DNA from: an uncultured Gemmatimonadales bacterium
GTDB lineage: Bacteria > Gemmatimonadota > Gemmatimonadetes > Gemmatimonadales > GWC2-71-9
Length of the DNA stretch: 64,000 nt
Direction: 5' to 3'
NCBI GenBank assembly: GCA_963771275.1
Contig: CAVYSW010000003.1
Span: 576,001-640,000, forward strand
Below are positions 1-9,074 of the stretch, piece after piece. The stretch's first letter is position 1, and every line of letters begins with the position of its first letter. The position numbers and the translations under genes were made by a program. The notes beneath the pieces were generated by a model that worked only from the letters and a program-made list of their open reading frames with translations, was not told where the DNA came from and searched no databases.

Positions 1-2
1 CG

Positions 3-557
3 TTCGGGGTGCTGTGCCGCAATGGATACGCGCTCCTCGCTCCGCCCGACTCCGCTGCCTACGCCGCCGCCGTGCCCGGCGGAATCGCCTATCAGCAGTC
101 GACCGGGGGCTACGTCTTCAATCCGTCGGTGACGGTCACCGGGATCACGGCCAGCACCACGGAATGCGACAAGGACAGTCTCCGGCTGGTGCCCGGAGGG
201 AAGCGCATCACGCTGTCGAGCACCAGCCTCCCCACCACGGCGATCTTCTACCTCTACCAGACCGTGACGTACAAGTTCGCGGCCTCCGTCGCGCTGCCCG
301 GCCGGGTGGCCCTGTGGCGCAACACCTCAGCAGGCGATGAAGAGCTGCTGGCGCCGTTCGCGAGCAGCGCGCGGTTCGCGTTCCTGGTCGGCTCCCGGCT
401 CACGGTGCAGACCACGGTGCCGGCACCGCTTTCCCTGGTGCGCGGCCTCGAGCTGCGTCTGACGGGAGAGAGCGAGGCCGCACCCGAAGGGGCGACCGCC
501 CCGACGCAGTTCCCGCTGAGTCCGCGGGTCAAGTTCATGAACCAACTGCCGCTCTGA
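3..557 (+). CDS. PilW-like type IV pilus assembly protein, 5'-truncated by window edge
   Basis: Frame is open from the window start. The stop overlaps the ATG of a PilX-like gene (TGATG). Identity rests on operon position only. Confidence 0.5.
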   Translation, partial: FGVLCRNGYALLAPPDSAAYAAAVPGGIAYQQSTGGYVFNPSVTVTGITASTTECDKDSLRLVPGGKRITLSSTSLPTTAIFYLYQTVTYKFAASVALPGRVALWRNTSAGDEELLAPFASSARFAFLVGSRLTVQTTVPAPLSLVRGLELRLTGESEAAPEGATAPTQFPLSPRVKFMNQLPL

Positions 558-1612
558 TGCGCCGGATCGGGGACGACCGGGGCTTCGCGCTGCCGGCGGT
601 GATCTTCCTGGTAGCGTTGCTCACGCTGCTGCTGACCAGCGGGCTCACCCGGGTGCGGGGCGATCACGAGATCGCCACGGCGAGCGAGGAGGCCACGATC
701 GCGTTCGCGATTGCCCAGAGCGGGCTGCAGATGTACATGGGCTCGGTCACGGCGCGCCCCAACGACGGCGACTCGGTGCGGATCAACGTGCCCGGCGGCT
801 ATGCCAACGTGGTGACCCACCTCGTGCGCCAGCCGGCGACCACAGCCACGCCCCACATGTTCCTCGTGCGCTCCACAGGGATCGCGATCAACCCGGCGGT
901 CGGATCGGCGCCGCAGGCGCGACGGACGGTGGCCCAGTACGCCCGGTGGCAGAACGGCTCGATCGACCGGCGCGCCGCCTACACGGCCGCGAACGGCATC
1001 ATGGAGGCGAGCAGCCCCCACGCCACCGTCCTCGTCCGCGGGACCGACGCCTGTGGCGTGGAGCCGGCGATTCCGGCGGTGCGCACCACCAACATCACCA
1101 ACCCGCCCCATTCCGCACTGGATCTCCAGGGCAACCCGGATCTGATCGAAGAGGGATCGACCACGGGGTCCACGATCGCCGCCCAGACCGACATCGACTG
1201 GGCGTCGACCATCGGCAGCGGGATCACACCGGACTACGACTACTTCCGCCAGCTCGACTTCTCGTTTCCGGTCCAGCGGGTGGCGGACGACCTCGCGATC
1301 TCATCGGGCGCCGGTACGGGGCTCCTCATCGTTCCGGGGGACTTGAGGATCACCGGGGCGTTCTATTTTGAGGGCGTCATCCTGGTCGGCGGGAGCATCG
1401 ATTTCTCGGGGGACTTGATCCTGCTGCGGGGGCTCGTGGTCTCGGGACTCAACGAGCAGCTCGGCACCAACCCCCAGCGTACGATCGTGGGCGATCACGA
1501 TCACGACCTCTACATCTTTTTCGACTCCTGCAAGATCGAGCGGGCGCTGGCCCCGTTCACCGGGCTCGCACCGGTGCAGAACGCCTGGCTGGACAACTGG
1601 GCGGCCTACTGA
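557..1612 (+). CDS. PilX-like minor pilin (paralog 1)
   Basis: Class III signal peptide RG|FALPAVIFLVALLTLLL with no Glu5, as is typical of PilX/GspK. C-terminal GLLIVPGDL/GVILVGG beta-rich region. Confidence 0.75.
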   Translation: MRRIGDDRGFALPAVIFLVALLTLLLTSGLTRVRGDHEIATASEEATIAFAIAQSGLQMYMGSVTARPNDGDSVRINVPGGYANVVTHLVRQPATTATPHMFLVRSTGIAINPAVGSAPQARRTVAQYARWQNGSIDRRAAYTAANGIMEASSPHATVLVRGTDACGVEPAIPAVRTTNITNPPHSALDLQGNPDLIEEGSTTGSTIAAQTDIDWASTIGSGITPDYDYFRQLDFSFPVQRVADDLAISSGAGTGLLIVPGDLRITGAFYFEGVILVGGSIDFSGDLILLRGLVVSGLNEQLGTNPQRTIVGDHDHDLYIFFDSCKIERALAPFTGLAPVQNAWLDNWAAY

Positions 1613-1626
1613 TCCCCTCGGCGATC

Positions 1627-2745
1627 ATGGCGCCCCCGGACTTTCCGGCCTCCCCCCTGCGGAGCGAAGCGGCCGCCGAGAGCGGCTTCGCCCTCCCGAT
1701 GGTGCTGTTCCTGGTCGCCCTGCTCACCGCCCTGCTGGCGGCGGGGCTGATGCGGGTCGGGGCGGAGATGGAGGTTGTCGAGGCGGGGGCCGACGCGATC
1801 ACGGCCAGGGCCGTGTCGTGGAGCGCCCTCCAGATCTACCTTGGCACGCTCACGCTCGACGCCTGCGAGCGTCCCATCCGGCCGCCGGACGGCGATTCCG
1901 TCCGGATCAACGTGCCCGGTGGGTACGGAGAGGTCGTCGCGCGGGTGGTGCGCCGGCCGGCCGACAGCACGGCCAACTGGCTGTACCTGGTGTCGTCGAC
2001 CGGGTATGCCATCAAGCCCACGACCGGCCCTGCGCCCGTCGGGAGGCACACCGCCGCACAGTTCGCGTCGTGGCAGTCGGGGGACCTGTCGTTGCCGGCG
2101 GCCTTCACGGCCGCCAACGGCCTGTGGCGGACCGCGGGCGGCTCCGGGCAGCTGACGGGCGCCGACGAGGATTCCACGGCGAGCTGCCGCACGCCGGCGC
2201 GCGCGGCGCTGCGCGTTCCTGCCGGGCTCGCGCCGAACCTCGACGACTACACCATCACGGGGAACGGCGTCGTGGAAGGTGGATCCGGCGCGTCGATCGT
2301 CACGGCGGCGAACATCGACTGGGCCCAGGTCCTGGCTTCCGGCACGCTGGTCCCCGACTACACGAGCGTGCACCCGGGCGACTGGGACTACTCGCTGCAG
2401 CTCGTGTCGGGCAATGCGGTGCTGGGAGCAGCCGGGGCGACGACCGTCGGGACGGGCCTGCTGATCGTCGGAGGGAACCTCACGGTGCTGGGGAACTTCG
2501 TGCAGTGGTATGGCGTGATTCTCGTGGGCGGCCAGCTCCGGTTCGACGCCGCCGATCAACGGTTCGACGGTCTGGTGGCGTCGGGTTTGAATGCGCAGCT
2601 CGGCACCGGCCCGTCCGCAGGCCAGATCGGCGGCGACTACACGGACATCGACTACAACTCCCGCTTCGTCCGGCGCGCCATGCGCCCGTTCACCGGTTTC
2701 GCCCCCGTGGCGAACGCGCGGTTCGACAACTGGTGGACGTACTGA
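1627..2745 (+). CDS. PilX-like minor pilin (paralog 2)
   Basis: SG|FALPMVLFLVALLTALL prepilin motif. Shares DGDSVRINVPGGY, TAANG, IDWA and PFTG..P..NA..DNW..Y blocks with the upstream paralog. Confidence 0.75.
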   Translation: MAPPDFPASPLRSEAAAESGFALPMVLFLVALLTALLAAGLMRVGAEMEVVEAGADAITARAVSWSALQIYLGTLTLDACERPIRPPDGDSVRINVPGGYGEVVARVVRRPADSTANWLYLVSSTGYAIKPTTGPAPVGRHTAAQFASWQSGDLSLPAAFTAANGLWRTAGGSGQLTGADEDSTASCRTPARAALRVPAGLAPNLDDYTITGNGVVEGGSGASIVTAANIDWAQVLASGTLVPDYTSVHPGDWDYSLQLVSGNAVLGAAGATTVGTGLLIVGGNLTVLGNFVQWYGVILVGGQLRFDAADQRFDGLVASGLNAQLGTGPSAGQIGGDYTDIDYNSRFVRRAMRPFTGFAPVANARFDNWWTY

Positions 2746-2860
2746 AACCCCGGCCGCCCCACGCTGCGACCGGTTCGGCGCACCGCTCCCCACCGCGCTC
2801 CCAACCTCCCCGCCACGGGACTACATTTCGCACGTAGCCCCTTCCGTCGAAAGATGAGAC

Positions 2861-4030
2861 ATGGCGACCGAGCCTGATACCGGTGCGGTACCCCTCACCC
2901 ACCTGTCCGAAGATGAAGAGATGTTCCGCGAGGCGGTGCGCGACTTTGCCGAGGCCGAAGTGCGACCCCGCGTGCACGCGATGGACCAGAAAGCAGAATT
3001 CGACCGGACGCTGATCCCCAAGATGGCCGAGCTGGGCCTCATGGGGATCGACGTGCCCGAGCAGTACGGCGGGGCGGGCGGCACGTTCTTCATGAGCGTG
3101 CTCGCGGTCGAGGAGCTGGCGCGCGTGGACGCCAGCACATCCGTGCTGGTGGACGTGCACAACACGCTGATGAACGTGGCGCTCGGCGGGTGGGGCGGCG
3201 ACGCCCTCAAGGCCAAGTACTTTCCGCGGCTCGCAGCCGGCGAGGTGGGCGCCTACGCGCTCTCCGAGGCCGGGTCGGGCTCGGATGCCTTCGCGCTCGC
3301 GGCGCGGGCCGAACCGCGTGGCGACGAGTGGATCCTGAACGGCCAGAAGCTCTGGGTCACCAACGGCAACGAGGCGGACCTGTTCGTCGTGTTCGCGACC
3401 GTGGACCCGTCCAGGGGCTACAAGGGGATCACCGGCTTCATGGTGGAGCGCGGGTTCGCCGGCTTCACCGTCGGCAAGAAGGAGGACAAGCTCGGGATCC
3501 GTGCGTCCAGCACGACCGAGCTGATCCTCGAGGACTGTGTGGTGCCCGGCGCGAACCTGCTCGGCGAGATCGGCAAGGGGTACAAGGTGGCGATCGAAAC
3601 CCTGAACGCCGGCCGCATCGGCATCGGCGCCCAGATGGTGGGAGTCGCCGAGGGGGCACTCCATGCCACCGTGAAGTACGTGATGGAGCGCCAGCAGTTC
3701 GGCCAGCCGCTGGGCGCGTTCCAGGCCGTGCAGTTCCAGCTCGCCCAGGCGGCGATGGAGCTGGAGGCCGCCCGGCTGCTGGTCTACAATGCGGCTCGCC
3801 TGCGTGACGCCGGCCAGTCGCACGCCGTCGAGGGCGCGATGGCGAAGCTCTACTCCTCCCAGGCGGCCGAGCGGATCACCAGCCTGTGCGTCGAGCTGTT
3901 CGGAGGGTACGGCTACACCAAGGAGTATCCGGTGGAGAAGTACTACCGCGACGCCAAGATCGGCACGATCTACGAGGGCACGAGCAACATGCAGCTGCAG
4001 ACGATCGCGAAGGCGCTGTTGCAGTCGTAG
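2861..4030 (+). CDS. Acyl-CoA dehydrogenase (short/branched-chain type)
   Basis: ALSEAGSGSD, KLGIRAS, GGYGY and IYEGTSNMQ signature motifs. Confidence 0.95.
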   Translation: MATEPDTGAVPLTHLSEDEEMFREAVRDFAEAEVRPRVHAMDQKAEFDRTLIPKMAELGLMGIDVPEQYGGAGGTFFMSVLAVEELARVDASTSVLVDVHNTLMNVALGGWGGDALKAKYFPRLAAGEVGAYALSEAGSGSDAFALAARAEPRGDEWILNGQKLWVTNGNEADLFVVFATVDPSRGYKGITGFMVERGFAGFTVGKKEDKLGIRASSTTELILEDCVVPGANLLGEIGKGYKVAIETLNAGRIGIGAQMVGVAEGALHATVKYVMERQQFGQPLGAFQAVQFQLAQAAMELEAARLLVYNAARLRDAGQSHAVEGAMAKLYSSQAAERITSLCVELFGGYGYTKEYPVEKYYRDAKIGTIYEGTSNMQLQTIAKALLQS

Positions 4031-4033
4031 CCG

Positions 4034-7000
4034 GTGAGTCTCCTCCACCTCTATCGCCACCCCGGCCTTTCCGAGGCGCGCCGGCGGTCCCTGCTGGAGG
4101 CGCTGCGGCAGCGCGCGGGGCAGGCGATCGGGGATCTCGACACCGAGTTCTGCTTCAACATCGAGCTTCGCGCCCCACTCACCACCCGGGAGATGGGGCT
4201 GCTCGGGTGGTTGCTGCGGGAGACGTTCGCGCCGCACGGGTTCGGCCCGGCGTCGTTCTTGGCCGGCGGCGCCACGGTGCTCGAGGTCGGCCCGCGGATG
4301 AACTTCACGACCGCGTGGTCCACCAACGCGGTGGCGGTCTGCCAGGCCTGCGGGCTCACCAAGGTGCGGCGGATCGAGCGCTCGCGCCGCTACCGCATCG
4401 ACGGGGGCCCCGCGCCCACCTCGTCCGACATGGCGCGGCTTCTGGCCGCCGTACACGACCGGATGACGGAGTGCCCCTACCCCCGCCCGCTCGAGTCCTT
4501 CGCCACCGGCATCACGCCGGAGGCCGTGTTCGCGGTACCGGTGCTCGAGGAGGGCCGGGGGGCGCTGGAACGGATCAACCGGGCGATGGGCCTCGCGTTC
4601 GACGACCGGGATCTCGACTACTACACCGACCTGTTCGCCAACCGGTTGCGGCGCAATCCCACGAGCGTCGAGTGCTTCGACATGGCGCAGTCGAACAGCG
4701 AGCACTCGCGGCACTGGTTCTTCCGCGGGCGGCTCGTGATCGACGGCGTGGAGGCCCCCGCCCACCTGCTGCGCCTGATCAAGGGGACGCTGGACGCGCA
4801 CTCGAACAACTCGGTGATCGCGTTCTGCGATAACTCGAGCGCCATCCGGGGCTATCCGGTGAGGACGCTGCTGCCGGAGCGGCCGGGCGCGCCGTCGCCG
4901 CTGGTCGAACGGGCGACGGAGTATCACATCATCTTCACGGCGGAGACCCACAACTTCCCGTCGGGCGTCGCGCCGTTTCCCGGCGCTGAGACCGGCACGG
5001 GCGGGCGGATTCGCGACGTGCACGCCACCGGTCGCGGCGCCCTCGTGGTGGCCGGCACCGCCGCCTACTGCGTGGGGAACCTGCGCATCCCCGGCTACGC
5101 GCTGCCGTGGGAGGACGCCTCGTTCGCCTACCCGGGGAGCCTCGCCCCGCCCTTGCAGATCGAGATCGAGGCCTCGAACGGCGCCTCCGACTACGGCAAC
5201 AAGTTCGGCGAACCGGTGATTCAGGGATTCACGCGCTCGTTCGGGCTGCGGCTGCCGGGCGGTGAGCGCCGCGAGTGGCTCAAGCCGATCATGTTCAGCG
5301 GCGGCATCGGGCAGCTGGACGCGCGGCACGTGACCAAGGGCGCGCCGGCCCGCGACATGTGGGTGGTGAAGATCGGCGGGCCGGCGTATCGCATCGGGAT
5401 GGGCGGCGGGGCGGCCTCCAGCATGGTGCAGGGCGAGAACGTGGCCGAGCTCGACTTCAACGCGGTGCAGCGCGGCGACGCGGAGATGGAGCAGAAGGTG
5501 AATCGCGTGATCCGGGCGTGCGTCGAGCTGGGGGACGCCAATCCGATCGTCGCGATCCACGACCAGGGGGCGGGCGGCAACTGCAACGTCCTCAAGGAGA
5601 TCGTGGCGCCGGCCGGGGCGGTCATCGAGGCGCGCGCGATCCCGGTGGGAGACGACACGCTGTCGGTGCTGGAGATCTGGGGTGCCGAGTATCAGGAACA
5701 GGACGCCCTGCTGCTGCGACCGGAGCACGCGTCGCTGTTCCGGGACCTGTGCGCGCGGGAAAACGTGCCGGTCGCCTTCGTCGGTCGGATCACGGGAGAC
5801 GGCCGGATCGTGCTCCACGACGAGCGGGACGGGACGACGCCGGTCAACCTCGATCTCGCGACCGTGCTCGGCGACATGCCCGCCAAGACGTTCGGGCTGC
5901 AGCGCGTCGCCCCGCGGCTCGAACCGCTGCGGCTGCCGCCCGACCTCACGGTGCGCGCGGCCCTGGAGCGCGTGCTGCGCCTGGTGTCGGTGGGCTCGAA
6001 GCGCTTCCTCACGACCAAAGTGGACCGGAGCGTCACCGGCCTCGTGGCGCGCCAGCAGTGCGCCGGCCCGCTGCAGCTCACCGTCGCAGACGTGGCCGTG
6101 ATCGCCCAAAGTCACTGCGGGATCACGGGGGCGGCCACCGCGATCGGCGAGCAGCCGATCAAGGCCCTGCTGCACCCGGCGGCGATGGCCCGGATGACGG
6201 TCGGTGAGGCGCTCACGAACCTCGTGTGGGCCCGGGTGAGCGCGCTCGAGGACGTGAAGTGCTCCGGCAACTGGATGTGGGCCGCGAAGCTGCCGGGTGA
6301 GGGCGCCGCCCTGTACGATGCGGCCGTCGCACTGTGCGATCTGCTGATCCGGCTCGGGATCGCCGTCGACGGCGGCAAGGATAGCCTCTCGATGGCGGCG
6401 CTCGCCCCGGGGCCCAATGGGAAGCAGGAGATTGTGAAGGCCCCCGGCACGCTCGTGGTGTCCGCGTACGTGACCTGCCCGGACATCACCAAGACCGTGA
6501 CGCCGGACCTCAAGCGCCCGGGCGCGACCCGGCTGCTCTACGTCGATCTGGCCGGCGGCCGAGAGCGACTGGGCGGCTCGGCCCTGGCGCACGTGTTCGG
6601 GCAGCTTGGCGACGCGTGCCCCGACGTCGAGGACGGCGGCCTGCTCGCTCGGGCGTTCAATACCGTGCAGCGGTTGCTGGACGGCGAGCTGATTCTCGCC
6701 GGTCACGATCGGAGCGACGGCGGGCTGGTCACGACGCTGCTCGAGATGGCGTTCGCCGGCGACTGCGGGTTCGAGGTCGATGTCCCGGCGCCAGCGCGCG
6801 ATCCGTTGGCGGCGCTGTTCACCGAGGAGCTCGGCCTGGTGATGGAGGTGGCGGACGCAGACGTCGCAGAGGTCCAGCGGGTCTGCGGCGACGCCCAGCT
6901 CCCGTGCGTCGTGCTGGGTCCCACCACGCCGGAGCGCCGCGTGCGCATCCGCTGCGCCGGCCGCGTGGTGCTGGATGAGGACGTCGCCGAGCTGCGCGAC

Positions 7001-7957
7001 CTCTGGGAGGCGACCAGCTTCGCGCTCGACCGGCTGCAGGCGGACCCCGCGTGCGTCACGGCAGAGCAGGAGTGCCTCGCGCGGCGGACGGCACCGCCCT
7101 ACGCGCTGTCCTACATTCCCCGGGAAACCCCGCCGGCCGTGCTGGGGTCGACCCGCAAGCCGCGCGTCGCGATTGTCCGGGAGGAAGGCAGCAACGGCGA
7201 TCGGGAGATGGCGTCGGCGTTCCACGCCGCCGGGTTCGAGCCGTGGGACGTCGTGATGGCGGACCTGCTGCGGGGGAAGGTGGCGCTCGCCCAGTTCCGC
7301 GGCGTGGCGTTCGTCGGCGGGTTCAGCTTCGCGGACGTGATGGACTCGGCCAAGGGGTGGGCTGGGGTCTCACGCTTCAACCGCGGCCTCTGGGACCAGT
7401 TCGAGGCGTTCTACGCGCGCCCGGACACGTTCAGCCTCGGCGTGTGCAACGGCTGCCAGCTCGCGGCGCTCCTGGGGTGGGTGCCGTGGCGCGGCATCCC
7501 CGACGAGCGCCAGCCCCGGTTCATCCAGAACGGGTCGGGCCGGTTCGAGTCGCGGTTCGCGACCGTCCGGATCGAGTCCAGCCCGGCGATCATGCTGCGC
7601 GGAATGGCGGGCTCCATCCTCGGCATCTGGTCGGCGCATGGCGAGGGCCGGGCCTACTTCCCCGACCCGGAGATCCTGGACCGCGTCGAGCGGGAGCGCC
7701 TCGTACCGCTCCGGTTCGCGGATGACGCCGGGGTCGCCACGGAGCGGTACCCGTTTGATCCGAACGGATCACCGCGCGGGATCGCGGGGCTCTGCTCCCC
7801 GGATGGGCGGCACCTCGCGGTGATGCCCCATCCGGAGCGCACCTTTCTGAAATGGCAGTGGGGCTGGATGCCGGAGGCCTGGCAGCGCGGTCTCGCGGTG
7901 TCGCCCTGGTTGACCATGTTCCAGAACGCGCGAGCGTGGTGCGGCCCAACCGCCTGA
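4034..7957 (+). CDS. purL: Phosphoribosylformylglycinamidine synthase, large fused form
   Basis: 1307 aa with SEHSRH, ETHNFP, GAETGTGG and DQGAGG motifs. C-terminal glutaminase has GVCNG and HPER. Confidence 0.97.
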   Translation: MSLLHLYRHPGLSEARRRSLLEALRQRAGQAIGDLDTEFCFNIELRAPLTTREMGLLGWLLRETFAPHGFGPASFLAGGATVLEVGPRMNFTTAWSTNAVAVCQACGLTKVRRIERSRRYRIDGGPAPTSSDMARLLAAVHDRMTECPYPRPLESFATGITPEAVFAVPVLEEGRGALERINRAMGLAFDDRDLDYYTDLFANRLRRNPTSVECFDMAQSNSEHSRHWFFRGRLVIDGVEAPAHLLRLIKGTLDAHSNNSVIAFCDNSSAIRGYPVRTLLPERPGAPSPLVERATEYHIIFTAETHNFPSGVAPFPGAETGTGGRIRDVHATGRGALVVAGTAAYCVGNLRIPGYALPWEDASFAYPGSLAPPLQIEIEASNGASDYGNKFGEPVIQGFTRSFGLRLPGGERREWLKPIMFSGGIGQLDARHVTKGAPARDMWVVKIGGPAYRIGMGGGAASSMVQGENVAELDFNAVQRGDAEMEQKVNRVIRACVELGDANPIVAIHDQGAGGNCNVLKEIVAPAGAVIEARAIPVGDDTLSVLEIWGAEYQEQDALLLRPEHASLFRDLCARENVPVAFVGRITGDGRIVLHDERDGTTPVNLDLATVLGDMPAKTFGLQRVAPRLEPLRLPPDLTVRAALERVLRLVSVGSKRFLTTKVDRSVTGLVARQQCAGPLQLTVADVAVIAQSHCGITGAATAIGEQPIKALLHPAAMARMTVGEALTNLVWARVSALEDVKCSGNWMWAAKLPGEGAALYDAAVALCDLLIRLGIAVDGGKDSLSMAALAPGPNGKQEIVKAPGTLVVSAYVTCPDITKTVTPDLKRPGATRLLYVDLAGGRERLGGSALAHVFGQLGDACPDVEDGGLLARAFNTVQRLLDGELILAGHDRSDGGLVTTLLEMAFAGDCGFEVDVPAPARDPLAALFTEELGLVMEVADADVAEVQRVCGDAQLPCVVLGPTTPERRVRIRCAGRVVLDEDVAELRDLWEATSFALDRLQADPACVTAEQECLARRTAPPYALSYIPRETPPAVLGSTRKPRVAIVREEGSNGDREMASAFHAAGFEPWDVVMADLLRGKVALAQFRGVAFVGGFSFADVMDSAKGWAGVSRFNRGLWDQFEAFYARPDTFSLGVCNGCQLAALLGWVPWRGIPDERQPRFIQNGSGRFESRFATVRIESSPAIMLRGMAGSILGIWSAHGEGRAYFPDPEILDRVERERLVPLRFADDAGVATERYPFDPNGSPRGIAGLCSPDGRHLAVMPHPERTFLKWQWGWMPEAWQRGLAVSPWLTMFQNARAWCGPTA

Positions 7958-8006
7958 GCCGCATGGTGTTGACGACGCGTTGACAGCGCGCCACTATCGT
8001 AGCGCC

Positions 8007-9074
8007 ATGAAACCAACCTCGCTCGCGTTCCTGCGAACGCTGCTCGACGCGCCCGGGCCGTCGGGCTTTGAGACCGCTCCTGCCGCCGCCTGGCGGGAGG
8101 AGGCCGGGACGATCGCCGATACGGTCCGCGCGGACGTGTCCGGCAACTCGGTTGCCGTGCTCAACGCCGACGGCGCTCCCAAGGTGATGCTCGCCGGTCA
8201 CATTGACGAGATCGGCCTGATGATCGTCCACGTGGACGACGAGGGCTTCCTCTATTTCCAGGGGATCGGCGGCTGGGACAGCCAGGTCCTGGTGGGCCAG
8301 CGTGTCCTGATCGCCGCCAAGGGCGGGCCGGTGCCCGGGGTGATCGGCAAGAAGCCGGTACACCTCATCAAGACCGAGGATCGGGACAAGGTCACGAAGA
8401 TCACGGATCTCTGGATCGACATCGGGGCCCGGGACCGCAAGGACGCCCTCAAGCGCGTGCGGGTGGGAGATCCGGCGGTGATCGCGAGCGCCTCGGTGGA
8501 GCTGCCGAATGGGAGGCTCGCCTCCCGCAGCATCGATAACCGGATCGGCGCGTTCATCGTGCTCGAGGCGCTGCGGCTGCTCAAGGGCACGCGGCTCAAG
8601 GCGGCGGTGTACGCCGTGGCGACGTCGCAGGAGGAGATCAGCTGGTTCGGCGGCGGGGCACGCACCAGTGCCGCCGGGATCGACCCGGCGGTCGCGGTCG
8701 TGGTGGACGTGACACACGCCACGGACAACCCCGGGGTGGAGAAGAAGGAGGTGGGCGATTTTCGGCTGGGCGGCGGCCCCGTGCTGGCCCGCGGCTCCGC
8801 GGTGAACCCGGTGGTGTTCGAGATGCTGGCCGAAACGGCGGAGCGCGAGAAGATCCCGTACGCGATTCAGGCGGCGCCGCGGGATACCGGCACCGATGCC
8901 GACGCGATCTACACGGCACAGCACGGCATCGCGACGGGGCTGGTATCGATCCCCAACCGCTATATGCACAGCCCGAGCGAGATGGTGGACCTGGGAGACC
9001 TCGAGCGGGCGGCCAAGCTGCTCGCCGCCTTCGCACGCCGGGTGACCCCGGCGACGGACTTCACCCCGCGCTAG
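8007..9074 (+). CDS. M42 family metallo-aminopeptidase
   Basis: GHIDEIG, DNRIG, QEE, GTDA and YMHSPSE motifs. Start chosen 6 nt after a TATCGT box. Confidence 0.9.
   Translation: MKPTSLAFLRTLLDAPGPSGFETAPAAAWREEAGTIADTVRADVSGNSVAVLNADGAPKVMLAGHIDEIGLMIVHVDDEGFLYFQGIGGWDSQVLVGQRVLIAAKGGPVPGVIGKKPVHLIKTEDRDKVTKITDLWIDIGARDRKDALKRVRVGDPAVIASASVELPNGRLASRSIDNRIGAFIVLEALRLLKGTRLKAAVYAVATSQEEISWFGGGARTSAAGIDPAVAVVVDVTHATDNPGVEKKEVGDFRLGGGPVLARGSAVNPVVFEMLAETAEREKIPYAIQAAPRDTGTDADAIYTAQHGIATGLVSIPNRYMHSPSEMVDLGDLERAAKLLAAFARRVTPATDFTPR

Noticed and set aside
1550..2745. Similar 3' ends of the two PilX-like genes as DGR template and variable repeats
   Set aside because: Differences are not adenine-specific and no reverse transcriptase is present; this is ordinary paralogy.
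2690..7225. Very long antisense ORFs (also 29396-31900, 39918-42431, 44708-48793, 48707-52027)
   Set aside because: They are shadow frames of well-supported high-GC genes, Arg/Gly/Pro-rich and without motifs.
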